Origin: an uncultured Pseudobdellovibrionaceae bacterium
GTDB taxonomy: Bacteria > Bdellovibrionota > Bdellovibrionia > Bdellovibrionales > UBA1609
Length of the DNA: 64,000 nt
Assembly (NCBI GenBank): GCA_963803705.1
Contig: CAWDNU010000003.1
Span: forward strand, 333,485 to 397,484
Direction: 5' to 3'
The position numbers were made by a program, and so were the translations under genes. This document shows, piece by piece, positions 1-10,083 of the stretch (within the stretch, counting starts at the first letter, position 1; each line of letters starts with the position of its first letter). Below the pieces are notes generated by a model. That model was not told the DNA's origin and searched no databases. It saw nothing but the letters and a program-made list of their open reading frames with translations.

Positions 1-2
1 AG

Positions 3-212
3 ATCGTTGAAAGCGCAGAAGAATTAGACTTAGCAATGATCTTTGGAACTGGGTTTCCTCCGTTTCGGGGTGGTCTATTAAAGTATGCTGATGCCGAGGG
101 CTTAAAAAACGTAGTTGAACGCTTAGAAAGTTTTGAAATCAAATACGGACAACGATTTAAGCCAACCAAGCCACTAGTGGATTTGGTCAACAACCATAAA
201 ACATTTTATTAA
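3..212 (+). CDS. C-terminal fragment of fatty-acid oxidation multifunctional enzyme (FadB/FadJ-type 3-hydroxyacyl-CoA dehydrogenase); 5' end outside window
   Basis: Manual translation IVESAEELDLAMIFGTGFPPFRGGLLKYAD...KTFY*; D-x-A-M-I-F-G-x-G-F-P-P-F-R-G-G is the typical FadB/FadJ C-terminal motif. Confidence 0.85.
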   Translation: MVESAEELDLAMIFGTGFPPFRGGLLKYADAEGLKNVVERLESFEIKYGQRFKPTKPLVDLVNNHKTFY

Positions 213-364
213 TTAGTGGCCGAAATGGTTTTATATCAAATAGGTTTAACTTAAATAAATAATCTGCACTTAAGCCACTTGACCGATATTAAATCTTCAC
301 TGGTTTTTATTCTTTAGGCGCAAGGTTTTTTACTGCACCAATGTTAGCACCCTTTTTTAGATGC

Positions 365-1720
365 TCACGTTCTGTTATAATCGTCTTCGATACGAACTAT
401 ATCGCTCTCATCAAAGGACTCTCCAGTTTGAATTTCAACAATTTCTACAGGGTCAGAAGTTTGGTTAGCCAATCGGTGGACCGAACCCTGCGCAATGAAG
501 CAGGTTTCATTGACTTGCAGGTCAAAAACTTTGTTATCAATGGTAACATTGGCTAAGCCTCTCACTACGGTCCAGACTTCAGATCGAAATTTGTGTTTTT
601 GCAAGGAAAGCCTTTTGCCAGGATTAACCACTATAGATTTCACTTTAAAGTAAGCGTTATCAACCAGTACCGAAAAGCTACCCCATGGCCGAACTACAGT
701 TCTATGGCTCTGAGTTAATTCTGGATTAGATAACTTCGGCAGTACAGATTTAATTTTTGAACTTAAACCGCGGGAACTTATCAGAAGCGCATCTTCAGTA
801 TCAATAACTAAAAGATCTTTTTGCCCAATGAGTACTACCTCTCTTTCCGATCTCACAAAGTTATTTGTACTTTCATAGCTATGTATATTGCCTTTGTCTT
901 TACCTTTGCTTAGCTTAGCTAATGCTTCGAAACTGCCAAGATCGGACCAATGCCAATCAGACCCATTTAATATAGCCAAATTCTTCGACTTCTCGATCAC
1001 AGCAAAGTCTATACTGATATTTTCAAACTTCTGCATCAAATTCTCTGAAACTGTTAAAACTTCAGAATCATTTACTTCAAAACCTGAAGCGACTTCAAAA
1101 GCATTTGGAAGACTCTGCTGCATCTCTGTTTTCATGTTTTGATTTTTGAAAGCAAAGATACCGCTATTCCATAAATAGTCACCGCTTTGTAGGTATTTCT
1201 CTGCAGTTTCCAAATCTGGTTTTTCTTGAAACGAAACCACATTATGGTTCTTAAATTTGATATAGCCAAAACCTGTTTCAGGCTCGGTAGGCAATATGCC
1301 AAATAGCACAATCTTTTTTTGATCTATGTACTTAGCAGACTCCAGAATTGAAGCTTTATAGTTAATTGGCTCAGCTACATAATGGTCAGATGGTACAACT
1401 AACATATTGTCTAGATCTTCAAACAGTTGGCAAGCGAGCGCGATGACAGCAGCTGTATTTTTAGCAAAAGGTTCGCACAAAAACCTTACTTTCTGTTTTA
1501 ATTTCAAAGCGGCGACCTGATTTTGAGCCAAATGAACTTGATGTTTACTCACTACAATTAAAAATTCATCTGTAAATTCCACATTCCGAATCAAGGTTTG
1601 CTGAAACAAGGTCAGTTCATCCTTATCATCAGACAATTGCACAAATTGTTTAGGCATGTTCAGCCTAGACAAGGGCCATAGCCTAGTTCCGGCACCACCA
1701 CACATAACAACTGTTTTCAT
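365..1720 (-). CDS. manC: Mannose-1-phosphate guanylyltransferase / mannose-6-phosphate isomerase
   Basis: GGAGTRLWPLSR..PKQF, EKPD, WNSGIF, WSDLGS motifs; C-terminal cupin RPWG..LSLQKH..RSEVW. Confidence 0.93.
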   Translation of the reverse strand: MKTVVMCGGAGTRLWPLSRLNMPKQFVQLSDDKDELTLFQQTLIRNVEFTDEFLIVVSKHQVHLAQNQVAALKLKQKVRFLCEPFAKNTAAVIALACQLFEDLDNMLVVPSDHYVAEPINYKASILESAKYIDQKKIVLFGILPTEPETGFGYIKFKNHNVVSFQEKPDLETAEKYLQSGDYLWNSGIFAFKNQNMKTEMQQSLPNAFEVASGFEVNDSEVLTVSENLMQKFENISIDFAVIEKSKNLAILNGSDWHWSDLGSFEALAKLSKGKDKGNIHSYESTNNFVRSEREVVLIGQKDLLVIDTEDALLISSRGLSSKIKSVLPKLSNPELTQSHRTVVRPWGSFSVLVDNAYFKVKSIVVNPGKRLSLQKHKFRSEVWTVVRGLANVTIDNKVFDLQVNETCFIAQGSVHRLANQTSDPVEIVEIQTGESFDESDIVRIEDDYNRT

Positions 1721-2751
1721 AGATGCTCCTCAAAACCGCTAATAATTTTTTGTAAAACAATTTCTGGCTTAAGATCAAGCATGCATTTAAAATGCTTTTT
1801 TGGACAATTTGGGCGACCAAATACGCTACAAGGTCGACAGGTCAGCTGTTTTCGATCCACTTGAAGAGTCTCTGCCTGCTTAGATAAGGGATAGAACCCC
1901 ATGTTAGGGTGAGTGCCACCCCATATAGATAATAAAGGAACACCTGCTAAAGCTGCCATGTGCATATTTGCTGAATCCATCACGATCATTTTGTCCATAG
2001 CTTGCATCAAGGACATTTCATCATGGAACTTAAATTGGCCAGCCAAATTTGTGACGCTTAAAAACCTTTCATCAAGTTCGTCAAAATAATTGGCTTCCTC
2101 CCCGGGGCCACCGAACAGGTAGATTTGGAAGTATGGACCAGCTTCATTGAGTTCTAAGAATTTTTCTAAATATTGTTTCGGCCACGTTTTAGTGAAATGT
2201 TTGGCGTAAGGGGCAATACCAAGTTTTTTTGCTTCAGGCGAAAGTAATTTTGAAAGCTCTGCTCGAAGAGGTTTAGATTCAAAGCGGTAACCACTAAGAA
2301 GTTTTGTGTCACCAGGAACTTCTAAACCAAGCTCTTTAAAAACCTTTAAGTAGCGCATCGACACGTGAGTCAGAGGCTCACTGTCCAAATTCTTTAAAAA
2401 TTTTCTTTTTGCTTGTCGAGCTTTGTCAACTTTGTAAACATCTTTGCCGATAAATAAATTTAGTAATCGTGTTCGAGTCACTTGGTGAAGATCACAAACA
2501 GCTTCAAACTGATATTTCTCTTTTAACTGTCTACTCAATTTGTAAATGTTAAATAAGCCAGAGCATTCTTTTTTTACATCAACGCCTACACAAGTTAGTC
2601 TGGGTATACTTGAAAAAAAAGGTTTAAGAAAGCTTTGTGTTACGAAGGTTATTTCCAAATTAGGATTAAGGTCCAAAACACTTCTTAGCACTGGGTAACA
2701 TAATAGTACGTCACCTAAAGCTGAAAACCTATAAACCAAAACTGATTTCAT
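1717..2751 (-). CDS. Glycosyltransferase family 9 (heptosyltransferase-like)
   Basis: RFSALGDV N-terminal motif, DSANMHMAA, WGGTHP, CRPCS..G..CP..HFKCM. Confidence 0.88.
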   Translation of the reverse strand: MKSVLVYRFSALGDVLLCYPVLRSVLDLNPNLEITFVTQSFLKPFFSSIPRLTCVGVDVKKECSGLFNIYKLSRQLKEKYQFEAVCDLHQVTRTRLLNLFIGKDVYKVDKARQAKRKFLKNLDSEPLTHVSMRYLKVFKELGLEVPGDTKLLSGYRFESKPLRAELSKLLSPEAKKLGIAPYAKHFTKTWPKQYLEKFLELNEAGPYFQIYLFGGPGEEANYFDELDERFLSVTNLAGQFKFHDEMSLMQAMDKMIVMDSANMHMAALAGVPLLSIWGGTHPNMGFYPLSKQAETLQVDRKQLTCRPCSVFGRPNCPKKHFKCMLDLKPEIVLQKIISGFEEHL

Positions 2752-3356
2752 TTACTCTTATTATACAATGCAGGATTTAGCTTTTCATCATTGTACATTT
2801 TCATTTGGCGGTAAACTTTAATGCGTTTTTTTCCGCTAGTTATGTCTTCAATCAGTTCATTAAAGCTTTGACTCAAATCTTTTTTTTGATCTAACAAGGT
2901 TTCTAATTTCACCTGGCACTTTTCTTTTTGCTCTTGATCGATATCTGTCCTAAGGACTTGCTCGTTCATGTGGTATATTTTTAAAGCCAAAATTGACATC
3001 CGATCTAAAACCCACGCAACACTTTCAGTATTCAACTTAGCCGACTTTTCAAACTTAGTTTTAGCGAAGTGATCAACGACCCAATCATCTAGCAACTCCA
3101 CTTTATCGGTTCTGTCCTGGTTAGATTTGTCTATTCTTCGTTTGATCTCTGCAATCTGCTTGTCGGTAACTTTTGGATCTCGAACGATATCTTCTAGATG
3201 CCATTGGACAGTGTCGATCCAATTTTTTGAATATAAAATTGCCTCTAAATTATCTTTTCCAAATGGATTTATAAAATCTTGATCAACATCATCATGTTTA
3301 TGATAATTTTCAATGGTCTGGTCAAAAATTTTCCAGCACAGTTCTGATTGGATCAT
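2748..3356 (-). CDS. DUF4254 family protein
   Basis: NWIDTVQWHLED..R, RRIDKSNQDRTD, NTES..W.LDR.SILALKIYHM, VYRQMKMYND motifs; overlaps the GT9 start. Confidence 0.82.
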   Translation of the reverse strand: MIQSELCWKIFDQTIENYHKHDDVDQDFINPFGKDNLEAILYSKNWIDTVQWHLEDIVRDPKVTDKQIAEIKRRIDKSNQDRTDKVELLDDWVVDHFAKTKFEKSAKLNTESVAWVLDRMSILALKIYHMNEQVLRTDIDQEQKEKCQVKLETLLDQKKDLSQSFNELIEDITSGKKRIKVYRQMKMYNDEKLNPALYNKSK

Positions 3357-3924
3357 CGGTACTCCTTTATTAAATTTTAAAGGCTAAACTTTTTTGTGAG
3401 TAACCAAGCCTTTCTAAAGAAATTATTACAATAAAATTAAATATGTGGCCACTTATTTAACTGATAATGAAAGAAAATAAGTTTTAATATTTACAACTAT
3501 CTCTGAAACTTTTATTAATAAATGGTCTATCTATGAAGCTTCAGATCTGCTGGAAAGCTTAGATTTGTAATACGCCAATAAAAATATCAAAAATTTGAAA
3601 TCAAAGATTCACGACGAACAACTTAATGTATTGCAACCACAGCCTACGAAATTAGCAGATCTGAAAAAATTTTTTTTGATCCTATTCTTTATACATTACA
3701 GTAATTTTTGTTTGTTTTTAGTTCGTTTTTTGTTCAGATAAATTTTTATTATGGATGCCATATAAAAATATCTTATATGTTGAAGCTATTCCGTGTTGAC
3801 ACAACACCCCTAACATCAGAAAGTTCAGCAACAATTTAGCTTTATAGTTTAAGATTTTAATGAAAGAAAAACAGGATTTGAACAATAATTTAACAATAAC
3901 CTAATTTATTATGAGGGGACAAGA

Positions 3925-4629
3925 ATGGATTTTATAACAGCAATTTCAGATGCGTTTTTAAAAGGTGGGATGTGGATGTGGGTGATTTTAGGCCTGCAAC
4001 TAGCAACACTAGCGATCATCATTGAAAGATATGTGTTTTTATTTAGAAAAAACACCATTGGTGAAAGAAAGCATGTAAACAAATTTGAAGCTGGTATTCG
4101 TTCCGGTAAACTTGATAGCGTTAAAGCTGAAGCATCAAAGCAAGAGCGCCCAGTGGACGCTGTTGTTGTGGCTGGCGTTGAAGCGGCGGTAAATTGGGGC
4201 GGCAAAGACGAAATCCGCGGCAAAATGGACGAGGTTCTTCTTGATACAAACGCAAAATTGGAAGAAAGAACTAGTTTTTTAGCGATGTTGGGTAACGTAG
4301 CTACATTGACAGGTCTACTTGGAACCATCGTTGGTATGATCAAGTCCTTTACAGCAGTATCCACCGCAAGTCCGATGGAAAAAGCTACACTTTTATCAAG
4401 CGGAATTTCTGAAGCCATGAATACAACAGCATATGGCTTAATTGTAGCTATACCCGCATTAGTCATGTACGCAGTTCTCTTAAATCGATCAAACAAGCTA
4501 TCAGAAGATCTAAATACAGCATCTTTAAAGGTTTTTAATTGGCTAAGCTTTGCCTATGAACCTGCTGAGCGCGCTATCGACATGGCCACTGTAAATACTA
4601 AGCCCTCTGCTAAGCCAGTAGAGCTTTAG
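3925..4629 (+). CDS. MotA/TolQ/ExbB proton-channel subunit (AglR-like gliding motor)
   Basis: LAMLGNVATLTGLLGTIVGMIKSF...GISEAMNTTAYGLIVAIP; first gene of Glt-like operon. Confidence 0.9.
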   Translation: MDFITAISDAFLKGGMWMWVILGLQLATLAIIIERYVFLFRKNTIGERKHVNKFEAGIRSGKLDSVKAEASKQERPVDAVVVAGVEAAVNWGGKDEIRGKMDEVLLDTNAKLEERTSFLAMLGNVATLTGLLGTIVGMIKSFTAVSTASPMEKATLLSSGISEAMNTTAYGLIVAIPALVMYAVLLNRSNKLSEDLNTASLKVFNWLSFAYEPAERAIDMATVNTKPSAKPVEL

Positions 4630-4696
4630 TCTAAACGAATAGGTTTAGAGACTTACTAAGCTTTGTTAAGAGTACTGCAATTTATAGAGGGGACCT

Positions 4697-5161
4697 ATGA
4701 AAAAAAGTAAACAAAATCTAGATGTTGAAGTTGATTTAGTGTCGTTCATTTCACTTCTTTCGGTGCTGATCTGCTTTCTGCTTTTAACAGCGATTTGGAT
4801 ACAAATTGGATCGATCAACGTTAAACAAGCTGTTGGTGGGCAATCAGCCGCCGAGACCAAAAAAATCCCTGCACTTTGGACCAAAATGCAATCTGATGGC
4901 AAAGTTGTCCTTCAATTTCAGGATTTTCCTAGATCAATAACCAGAAAGTTGGGTAGTTCTTTAACTTTAAGGGGCACTCAGGAAGGTAAAATTGATTTCG
5001 AAGCTTTTGAAAAGAAAATAGGCGAAGTAATCACTTTGGTTCCAGATTTAAAAACTGGCTTGGTTTTGCCGCAAGGTGAATCAAGGTACGAGCATGTGAT
5101 TCAGCTTATGGACGAGATGAAAAAAAGTGGCTTAATTGACCTAGGTGTTTCACCTATTTAG
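4697..5161 (+). CDS. ExbD/TolR-family subunit (AglQ/AglS-like)
   Basis: EVDLVSFISLLSVLICFLLLTAIW TM segment; C-terminal YEHVIQLMDEMK..G. Confidence 0.8.
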   Translation: MKKSKQNLDVEVDLVSFISLLSVLICFLLLTAIWIQIGSINVKQAVGGQSAAETKKIPALWTKMQSDGKVVLQFQDFPRSITRKLGSSLTLRGTQEGKIDFEAFEKKIGEVITLVPDLKTGLVLPQGESRYEHVIQLMDEMKKSGLIDLGVSPI

Positions 5162-5194
5162 ATAAATTTTAAATAAATTCTCGGAGTTTTAAAA

Positions 5195-5692
5195 ATGTCA
5201 CAAAGTATTTTAGAACAGACAAGTTTTGCTAGTACGTTAGAAAGCACATCCACATTAAGCCCAAAAGCAGGTGGAAAAAATAAGAATTTGGTGCAATCAG
5301 TTATGCTAACTTCCCTAGTAGATGCTTTTTCTATATTGGTTGTTTACTTGCTAATGAGCTACAGTAGTAGCGGCGAAATCATGTATATGTCTAAGGATAT
5401 GGTGCTACCGGACGCCACTCAGTCAGAAGTTTTAAATCGGCAGATAATTATAAAGTTTGATCAAGGGCAATATTATATTGAAAATGAAATTGTAGAGAAA
5501 AAAGATCTTTTTGCTCGCCTTCTGAAAATGAAAACTGAATTTAAAGAAAAGTACCCAGAGTTAGATTCTGAAAATAAAGTGATCATCCAGGCAGATAAAG
5601 GTGAAAAGTTCTTAGACTTAAATACGATTATTCACGCAAGTGCTCAAGCAGGATTTGAGGAGATTAAGTTTGCCGTTATTAAAAATGGTTAA
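5195..5692 (+). CDS. ExbD/TolR-family subunit (AglS-like)
   Basis: LTSLVDAFSILVVYLL TM with conserved Asp; IIQADK...AGFEEIKFAV. Confidence 0.85.
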   Translation: MSQSILEQTSFASTLESTSTLSPKAGGKNKNLVQSVMLTSLVDAFSILVVYLLMSYSSSGEIMYMSKDMVLPDATQSEVLNRQIIIKFDQGQYYIENEIVEKKDLFARLLKMKTEFKEKYPELDSENKVIIQADKGEKFLDLNTIIHASAQAGFEEIKFAVIKNG

Positions 5693-5705
5693 TTAGAGGG
5701 GAGTT

Positions 5706-8700
5706 TTGAGTATGCGTTTAGTTATTATTCTATTATTTATTTTTTCAAACGTTTCATATGCTGCTAAATTTGATGCGCAGACACGCACACAGCTGATAAA
5801 TAAATTTTCAAAAGTGTACGATCAACTTTCTGATGAAGAGCCTGCTAAAGTAAATGTTACACTGCGACTAGCAGACTTATTAGCCGAGCAGGGTCGTTAC
5901 TTAGCAAATGAAGAGTTAGGTCGTGGTTGTGAGGTTTGTGACGCAGGAGTTGATGAAAGGCAACGTGCGCTAAAATTTTATGAAGAAGCTGCAGGACAGT
6001 TAAAAAGTAACAAAAAAGCTTCTGTTTTGATTCAGATGGGGCATTTAAAAGAAATGCTAGGGCAAGAATCCCAGGCTACCTCTAATTACCTTGCTGCGAT
6101 ACAAGTTGCCATCAATCCCGCTTATTTAAACGAAGCACAATTTTCTTTGGCTGAAATTTATTTTAAGAGAAGACAGTTTCAAGACGCTGCAAAATATTAT
6201 GAGATGGTTGTCGCTCATCCTGACAAAAAAGGTAAGCGAGGATTTGCCGCCTATAGGAAAGCTTGGAGTCATTTTAATTTAGGGGATTACGATAAGGCAA
6301 CTGACCAGTTAGTAACAATGCTAGAAAGTCCCGATCTCTTAAACCGCGGATCCAGTAATGGTCTGATATCTGTAGACACAAATTTTCAAGATGAGATTTC
6401 CAGGGACTATGTCGTTTTTACCACTAAAAAGGGCTACAGTCTTAAAGATTTTGAGACTCTTTTTAAGCTTTCTAGAAAAGAGTCTCGCCTAGAGCATATT
6501 TTTAATTTAGCAGATGAGCTTGAAAGATTAGGGCAAAATGAATCTGCTATAAATGTCTGGTCCCGACTTATAAAGAAACTTAGTGATCCTGTAAAAAAAT
6601 GGGAAGCTCACGTGAGATATGCTAATCTGTTGCGTGAAAACAAGAACTTTGATGAGTCTTTAAAACTTTATGAAAGATCGTTAGGCCTATCAGAAAGACA
6701 AAAATCTTGTCAAACAGACCAGTGTGAAGAGATTCGATCTCGTGAAAGGAGTTATGTTCTTGACTGGAATAAGGAGCTAAAATCAACTCCTAGTAAAGAT
6801 CTTGCCTTAGCCTACGAAATTTACAACAAAGTTAACCAGAGCTTAGACACGCAGTACTGGGGTGCAGAGGCGTGGTTAGCAGTTGATGATAAAAGTAAAG
6901 CCTTCAAAAGTTTTGAAAAAGCCATCGATAAGTATCCTCAATCGTTAGCCAATACAAAGAAGCCAGAGAACATAAAGGCTTACAATGAGATGTATGAAAA
7001 CTCTCTATTGAAAAGAATCGAGATAGCTGAGCAGTTAAAGCTTAAGAGTCTGCCAAGTGTTTATAATCAATATGCTAAACTTTCCAAAAATAAAGCTCAG
7101 CTGAATCAAGTCAATTACCAGCTAGCTAGGTTGAACTACGAAGATAAAAAGTATCTGGAAGCTTACAATGACTTTTTAAATTACGCTAAAACGACCAATT
7201 CTACAGACAAAGCATCTATAAAACTTAAAGAGCAGGCTGCTGACTTGGCTCTGGACTCATTAGTTCTGGCTAAAAGGGATGATCTGCTTATTGAGGCTGC
7301 TAACGAGTTATCACGTTTAATACCAAACAAGGCTAAAGAGTATGATCAGATAATTAGAAAAGCTGTGATTAATCAATCTCTAAAATTAGCTAAAGGCGAC
7401 GACAATTCCGGTGGAAACAAAAAGGCTTTAAGGCTTTTGAAAGAAGCTGATTTTAGTAATGCCTCTCTGGAAGAGCGAGAACTCATTGCGAAGAACAAGA
7501 TGATTTTGGCCGAGCAAGTTGGCCAGATCGCAGAAGCAAATGGATACGTCGACCAGTACCTTTTATTGCCAGATCTTTCTGAAGAAGATAAGCAGTTTGC
7601 CTACAAAAAGAAGGCGTGGTTATCCGAGCTAATGTTTGACTTCAAGGCTGCATTAGCTGCTACGGAAAAAATCAAAGGTATTAAAGAGCCTACCAGGACT
7701 TTGCAGTTAGCACTCTTAACAGATTTGTCTGGTGGTGATCCAAAAGTGCTGTTCGACCAATATATTATGAAAAATCCTAAAGAACCGGAGTCTTTGGACA
7801 TGGCTGTAGAGCTTATGAAATCAAGCAAAAGCCCATGGAGTGCATTTGAGCGGTATCAGAAAACTTTGTCATCTTCAGATGATAAGTGGAAAGAAGCCCT
7901 TTTGTTATCTTTTGAAAAGACCCCAGATAAAGCTGAGCTTTCAAAATATTTAACTTGGGATACTCTAGATCCAAAAAAGAGAATTGAAATTTTACAAACT
8001 CAGCTTTTCAAGCCCGTTTTAGATAAGGAAAAACTTGTTCTTTCAAGTATGACCGTAGACACATCGACTCAGCAGAAAATGACTAAAGCTCTTAAAGATA
8101 GGGTAGCCGAAATAAAACGATATGAAGGCTTTGTTACAAAAGTTATTAAGTCTGAACTTTGGTTTGGTCAGATTTATGCTTTAGATTTTTTATCTAAAGA
8201 GTCTAAAAGATTTTATGACGAAGTTATGTCTTTGCCAATTCCTGACGGCCTGAGTGCAGATGAGCAAAACCAGTATATGAATTTGCTATCACAAAATGCT
8301 TCTCCCTTTTTGACAAAACATAACCAGATCAATACAAAATTGGAAGAAATTTGGAACCAGAAGAAATCTGTTAATCAAGTTTTTGAAACTCTAAGTTCTC
8401 AACCGAAGTGGGTTCAAATTTTGTGGACCTCAGAATACAATAAGTTGTCTGACATTGCCCCTGAGGATTTTAAGAAGTACGTGCTTGGAAAAATCGACCA
8501 GCTGGGTGAAAAGGCAGTAGTTAAAAATGAAAGATCAAAAGATGTGCCTTTAAATAAAGTTATGAAGTTGAAGACTAAAGTGATGCAATCTCCATTTGAC
8601 AGAAAACTTCTGACCGAGCTGCTCGACATTGAAAAGCTAAGAAACCAAGATCAAATGGTAATCTACTTAAATCAAAGACTATCTAAATTAAAAAATCTTA

Positions 8701-8720
8701 AACAGGAGACAGTGAAATGA
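5706..8720 (+). CDS. Large exported TPR protein (GltD/AgmU-like); start may be ATG 5712
   Basis: Signal peptide, many TPR-like helices (AQFSLAEIYF..A..YY, AAYRKAWSHFNLGDY), late PIPDGLSADEQNQY motif; context. Confidence 0.7.
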   Translation: MSMRLVIILLFIFSNVSYAAKFDAQTRTQLINKFSKVYDQLSDEEPAKVNVTLRLADLLAEQGRYLANEELGRGCEVCDAGVDERQRALKFYEEAAGQLKSNKKASVLIQMGHLKEMLGQESQATSNYLAAIQVAINPAYLNEAQFSLAEIYFKRRQFQDAAKYYEMVVAHPDKKGKRGFAAYRKAWSHFNLGDYDKATDQLVTMLESPDLLNRGSSNGLISVDTNFQDEISRDYVVFTTKKGYSLKDFETLFKLSRKESRLEHIFNLADELERLGQNESAINVWSRLIKKLSDPVKKWEAHVRYANLLRENKNFDESLKLYERSLGLSERQKSCQTDQCEEIRSRERSYVLDWNKELKSTPSKDLALAYEIYNKVNQSLDTQYWGAEAWLAVDDKSKAFKSFEKAIDKYPQSLANTKKPENIKAYNEMYENSLLKRIEIAEQLKLKSLPSVYNQYAKLSKNKAQLNQVNYQLARLNYEDKKYLEAYNDFLNYAKTTNSTDKASIKLKEQAADLALDSLVLAKRDDLLIEAANELSRLIPNKAKEYDQIIRKAVINQSLKLAKGDDNSGGNKKALRLLKEADFSNASLEERELIAKNKMILAEQVGQIAEANGYVDQYLLLPDLSEEDKQFAYKKKAWLSELMFDFKAALAATEKIKGIKEPTRTLQLALLTDLSGGDPKVLFDQYIMKNPKEPESLDMAVELMKSSKSPWSAFERYQKTLSSSDDKWKEALLLSFEKTPDKAELSKYLTWDTLDPKKRIEILQTQLFKPVLDKEKLVLSSMTVDTSTQQKMTKALKDRVAEIKRYEGFVTKVIKSELWFGQIYALDFLSKESKRFYDEVMSLPIPDGLSADEQNQYMNLLSQNASPFLTKHNQINTKLEEIWNQKKSVNQVFETLSSQPKWVQILWTSEYNKLSDIAPEDFKKYVLGKIDQLGEKAVVKNERSKDVPLNKVMKLKTKVMQSPFDRKLLTELLDIEKLRNQDQMVIYLNQRLSKLKNLKQETVK

Positions 8721-8944
8721 GGTTAATTCTAATTTTAACTCTTATTAGTTTACCAGTATTCGCTTTCGCAGCTAAGAAACCCAAATCGACCAACTTTAAT
8801 TTTGATGAGCTGTTGATCCAAGGTGAGTACCATTTCTCCGATGAGATTACGACTACAGTTGAGCAAGACAAGGTCTTAGATGCATTGTTAGGTGTTAGAA
8901 AAGACTTCAAAGATAGAATGAAACGATCAGCGAGCAGGTACTAA
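8717..8944 (+). CDS. Small exported gliding protein (GltF/CglF-like)
   Basis: Signal peptide then FNFDELLIQGE ... LLGVRKDFKDRM; size and position before GltG-like gene. Confidence 0.65.
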   Translation: MRLILILTLISLPVFAFAAKKPKSTNFNFDELLIQGEYHFSDEITTTVEQDKVLDALLGVRKDFKDRMKRSASRY

Positions 8945-8946
8945 AA

Positions 8947-10083
8947 ATGATAGAAAAAGTCTGTTTAAAGAATATATCAGGCCAAGTTGTAAGGATCTTA
9001 CCCTTACCTGATGTTGACAAGATGGTTGTCACAAGAAATCCGAGTGACCAGCGTTTAACTTTTAGACCCGCTTACGAGAAAGACCTTTTAGTCTCTCAAG
9101 GCTGGATTATTCTTCGGGAGATTAGCTGTGATCAAGTGCTAAATGGTGATATTAGATTAACTCCTGAATTATCTTTAACCAAATTTTCTGAAGATGTCAT
9201 AGCAGATCCCCACTTAACTGAAGAAGATAGTTCTTTATTTCGTAAATCGGCTTTGCTTAGCATTTTGTTCGGTCTTTTACTTATCTCTATAATGCTTAAT
9301 ATGCCAAAGCCTGACCAAGTTGAAGTCAAAGAAGAGCTTAAGCAGCAGGTGGTCAAAATTATAAAACAGCAAAAGAAAGAAGTTATTAAGCTAAATAAAA
9401 TTGCTCGCAGCAGGCCAACACCTACGCCAACCACTAACAAGCCCCAACCTAAAACTCAGAACCAGATTAAAAGAATGGGAGCCTTGGCGGCATTGGGCAG
9501 TTTATCTAATAGTAATCAGAAGGGCGGCCTTGATCTTGGTGCCGTTCAGAAATCTGCAGGCCCTGGCATGGGTGGAACTCAAGGCAGCGGGGGGGTTCAA
9601 ACTTCACTGTATGGCAAGGGTATAGTTTCTGCTCCACTAGGAGCAGGCGGAAACTTAAACGGTGCCGGTGGGTACGGAACTAAAGGTAAAGGCGGTGGCA
9701 AAGCCGGTTTCGGTAAGCTTAGTTTAGTTGGGTCCGCAGGAACGTCTGTGATTCCAGTTGGAACTGAGGTTATATCAGGTGGCGGTTTATCCAACGAAGA
9801 TATTTGGGCTGTAATAAGAAGAAATCAGGGTCAAATACGTTTTTGCTATGAGCAGGGTCTTCAATCCGATCCTAAATTAAAAGGTGTTGTAAGAACGAAT
9901 TTTACAATCAATTCAAATGGTCAAGTGGCCAAAATATCTATTGCGGGCACCACTCTTAATTCTAAGATCGTTGAGGATTGCATCTCACTTAGAATTAAGT
10001 CTTGGAAATTTCCTCTGCCTCAGGGTGGAAAAAGCATCAGTGTTCAGGTGCCATTTAATTTAACTAAACAAGGACAGGGATAA
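8947..10083 (+). CDS. GltG/AgmX-PglI-like protein with TonB-C-like C-terminal domain
   Basis: One TM, Pro/Lys then Gly-rich linker (GYGTKGKGGG), C-terminal IRRNQGQIRFCYE..L..DPKLKG...C....IKSWKFP.P.GG. Confidence 0.85.
   Translation: MIEKVCLKNISGQVVRILPLPDVDKMVVTRNPSDQRLTFRPAYEKDLLVSQGWIILREISCDQVLNGDIRLTPELSLTKFSEDVIADPHLTEEDSSLFRKSALLSILFGLLLISIMLNMPKPDQVEVKEELKQQVVKIIKQQKKEVIKLNKIARSRPTPTPTTNKPQPKTQNQIKRMGALAALGSLSNSNQKGGLDLGAVQKSAGPGMGGTQGSGGVQTSLYGKGIVSAPLGAGGNLNGAGGYGTKGKGGGKAGFGKLSLVGSAGTSVIPVGTEVISGGGLSNEDIWAVIRRNQGQIRFCYEQGLQSDPKLKGVVRTNFTINSNGQVAKISIAGTTLNSKIVEDCISLRIKSWKFPLPQGGKSISVQVPFNLTKQGQG

Noticed and set aside
3909..4496. 195-aa antisense ORF and similar shadow ORFs (e.g. 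9132-9440, 26913-27413, 61085-61471)
   Set aside because: Antisense to well-supported genes with no recognisable motifs
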